Shown here one piece after another: positions 32,303 to 33,381 of a DNA stretch of 33,381 nucleotides. The position numbers and the translations under genes are program-made. This DNA is from an uncultured Actinomycetes bacterium (lineage in GTDB: Bacteria; Actinomycetota; Actinomycetes; Jiangellales; Jiangellaceae). The notes under the pieces were generated by a model. That model made no database searches. It worked only from the letters and a program-made list of their open reading frames with translations, and was not told the origin of the DNA. The stretch covers positions 1 through 33,381 of the forward strand of contig CAZMXH010000002.1 in assembly GCA_964570165.1 (NCBI GenBank). Reading direction: 5' to 3'. Position 1 is the stretch's first letter; every line of letters starts with the position of its first letter.

Positions 32303-32800
32303 CTAGACGGCCGTTGCCCCTTCGCCCGCCGCCGCGGCGACACGCTTGATCGACCCGTGCCGGATGTCCCCCGCCGCGAAAACTCCGGGGATGCTCGCCT
32401 CCAGCAGGAGAGGCCGGCGCCTCAGCGGCCAGTCCGGCGGCGGCTTCTCACCTCGAAGCAGTTCGTCACCGGCGAGGATGAAGCCGGCCTCGTCGCGCAT
32501 GATCGACGAGATCCAGTCGGTCCGCGGCCGGGATCCGATCAGGACAAACAGCCCCGCCGCTCTCGACGGTCTCCCAGCTCGAAGAGCCGTCGGCACCACC
32601 GCCTCCAGCCGGTCCTCGCCGACGGCGTCCACGACTCGGGTGCCCAGCCTGACGTCGATTCTCGGCGTCAGGGTCTATTTGCCGGACGAGGTACTGCGAT
32701 ATGCTGGTGCTGAGCGATTCACCCGCACGACCAGGCTCACCCGGTCCGCGTACGTCGCGAGGTGAAGCGCCGCCTGCCCAGCGGAATTGCCACCGCCGTC
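32303..32800 (-). pseudogene. thioredoxin-disulfide-reductase remnant (C-terminal ~165 codons, at least two frameshifts, 5' truncated)
   Basis: Three minus-strand frames in succession encode DGGGNSAGQAALHLATYADRVSLVVR / GESLSTSISQYLVRQID / IDVRLGTRVVDAVGEDRLEAVV...GLFVLIGSRPRTDW...IPGVFAAGDIRHGSIKRVAAAAGEGATAV. A TGA lies immediately upstream at 32801-32803. Confidence 0.7.
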
Positions 32801-32974
32801 TCAAATTTGTCAGCGTCCTGTTTACACGTTGGCCGCCATCTAAACGAAACTTGTCGTCTTAGCCAAGATTGCACACACGGCGAGCGATGTGCTCTCGGAC
32901 GGGATCCTCTCAAGTTGCCGCGCCAACTTTAATCGAGCGCTACACCTGGACATCCCGATGGGCGCCGTGCAACG

Positions 32975-33381
32975 CTAGGCCAGCTGGGCCGTTCCGTTCC
33001 TAGCAATTACTTCAAGTTGGCTGAGCGCTGAACTGTCGAATACAGCGTCAGACTCGACTATCAACTTCTGCCGCAAGGAAGCCCAACCGTACACAGTCCA
33101 GGCTGGGAAGAAGCGATGGGGTGCATCCTGGCGGCACAATCCAAGCGCAACGCCAATCTGATACTTGTGTCGTGCTACTGCGCTTACGACCTTGTCGAGG
33201 TCATGCACATCAACGTTTTCGGGCCGCCATCTCCGCTTCACCTCTATGAACATAAGGTTGTCCGCCCGCGCTCTCTGGCCTCGCCTATGTACGACCAGGT
33301 CTGGCCGCATGTGTCTCGGTGCGTCATCTCGTACTTTCAGAGCACCGACCTCGCCCTCGCGGTCATACTCTGCGTCAACGT
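32975..33381 (-). CDS. PD-(D/E)xK nuclease-fold protein (5' end outside window)
   Basis: The frame stays open beyond the listed ATG (33310) to the window edge (VDAEYDREGEVGALKVRDDAPRH...). Motif RPDLVVH ... NLMFIEVKR matches D ... E-x-K. The gene sits in markedly lower-GC DNA. Confidence 0.5.
   Translation of the reverse strand, partial: VDAEYDREGEVGALKVRDDAPRHMRPDLVVHRRGQRARADNLMFIEVKRRWRPENVDVHDLDKVVSAVARHKYQIGVALGLCRQDAPHRFFPAWTVYGWASLRQKLIVESDAVFDSSALSQLEVIARNGTAQLA

Overview
33.4-kb stretch of a high-GC (about 70% by eye, not computed) actinobacterial chromosome. I can support about 31 protein-coding regions, several of them decayed or interrupted. I found no rRNA, tRNA, CRISPR array, transposase or integrase. 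Gene order: ABC-2 permease (partial) | truncated alpha/beta hydrolase | HEAT-like protein | orphan KAS II convergent with an acyl-CoA dehydrogenase / Zn-ADH / SDR operon | DHp-like mini-ORF plus two GAF-ANTAR regulators | small protein + FAD monooxygenase | adenosine-deaminase-family gene divergent from an MBL-rhodanese (persulfide-dioxygenase-like) gene carrying a CsoR/CstR-type operator | two paralogous K+/H+ antiporters bracketing a ParB/Srx-like gene and a LytR_C gene | a start-less coding remnant | lspA | ltrA-like / methyltransferase / AsnB-like / NadE-like operon | nhaA joined, through a 1-nt frameshift, to DsbA-like, cNMP-binding and glutaredoxin-like modules | SARP(BTAD)-NB-ARC-TPR regulator | DrrAB-like ABC exporter | thioredoxin-reductase pseudogene | lower-GC DNA with a PD-(D/E)xK nuclease-like gene running off the window. 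Best candidates for something undescribed: (1) the four-gene cassette at 19.0-24.3 kb, where both ATP-dependent amidotransferases deviate at canonical catalytic positions (AsnB-like has ATC-TCC where ATG-TGC is expected; NadE-like has a divergent synthetase motif); (2) the NhaA-DsbA-cNMP-Grx reading frame, and the apparent splitting of a cNMP-dependent thioredoxin reductase by a ~5.6-kb inversion that carries the SARP and ABC genes; (3) regulatory repeats: a CsoR/CstR-like operator, heptamers at 11-nt period next to the SARP, and two perfect or near-perfect tandem duplications. All functional calls rest on motif recognition by eye. No database search was run.
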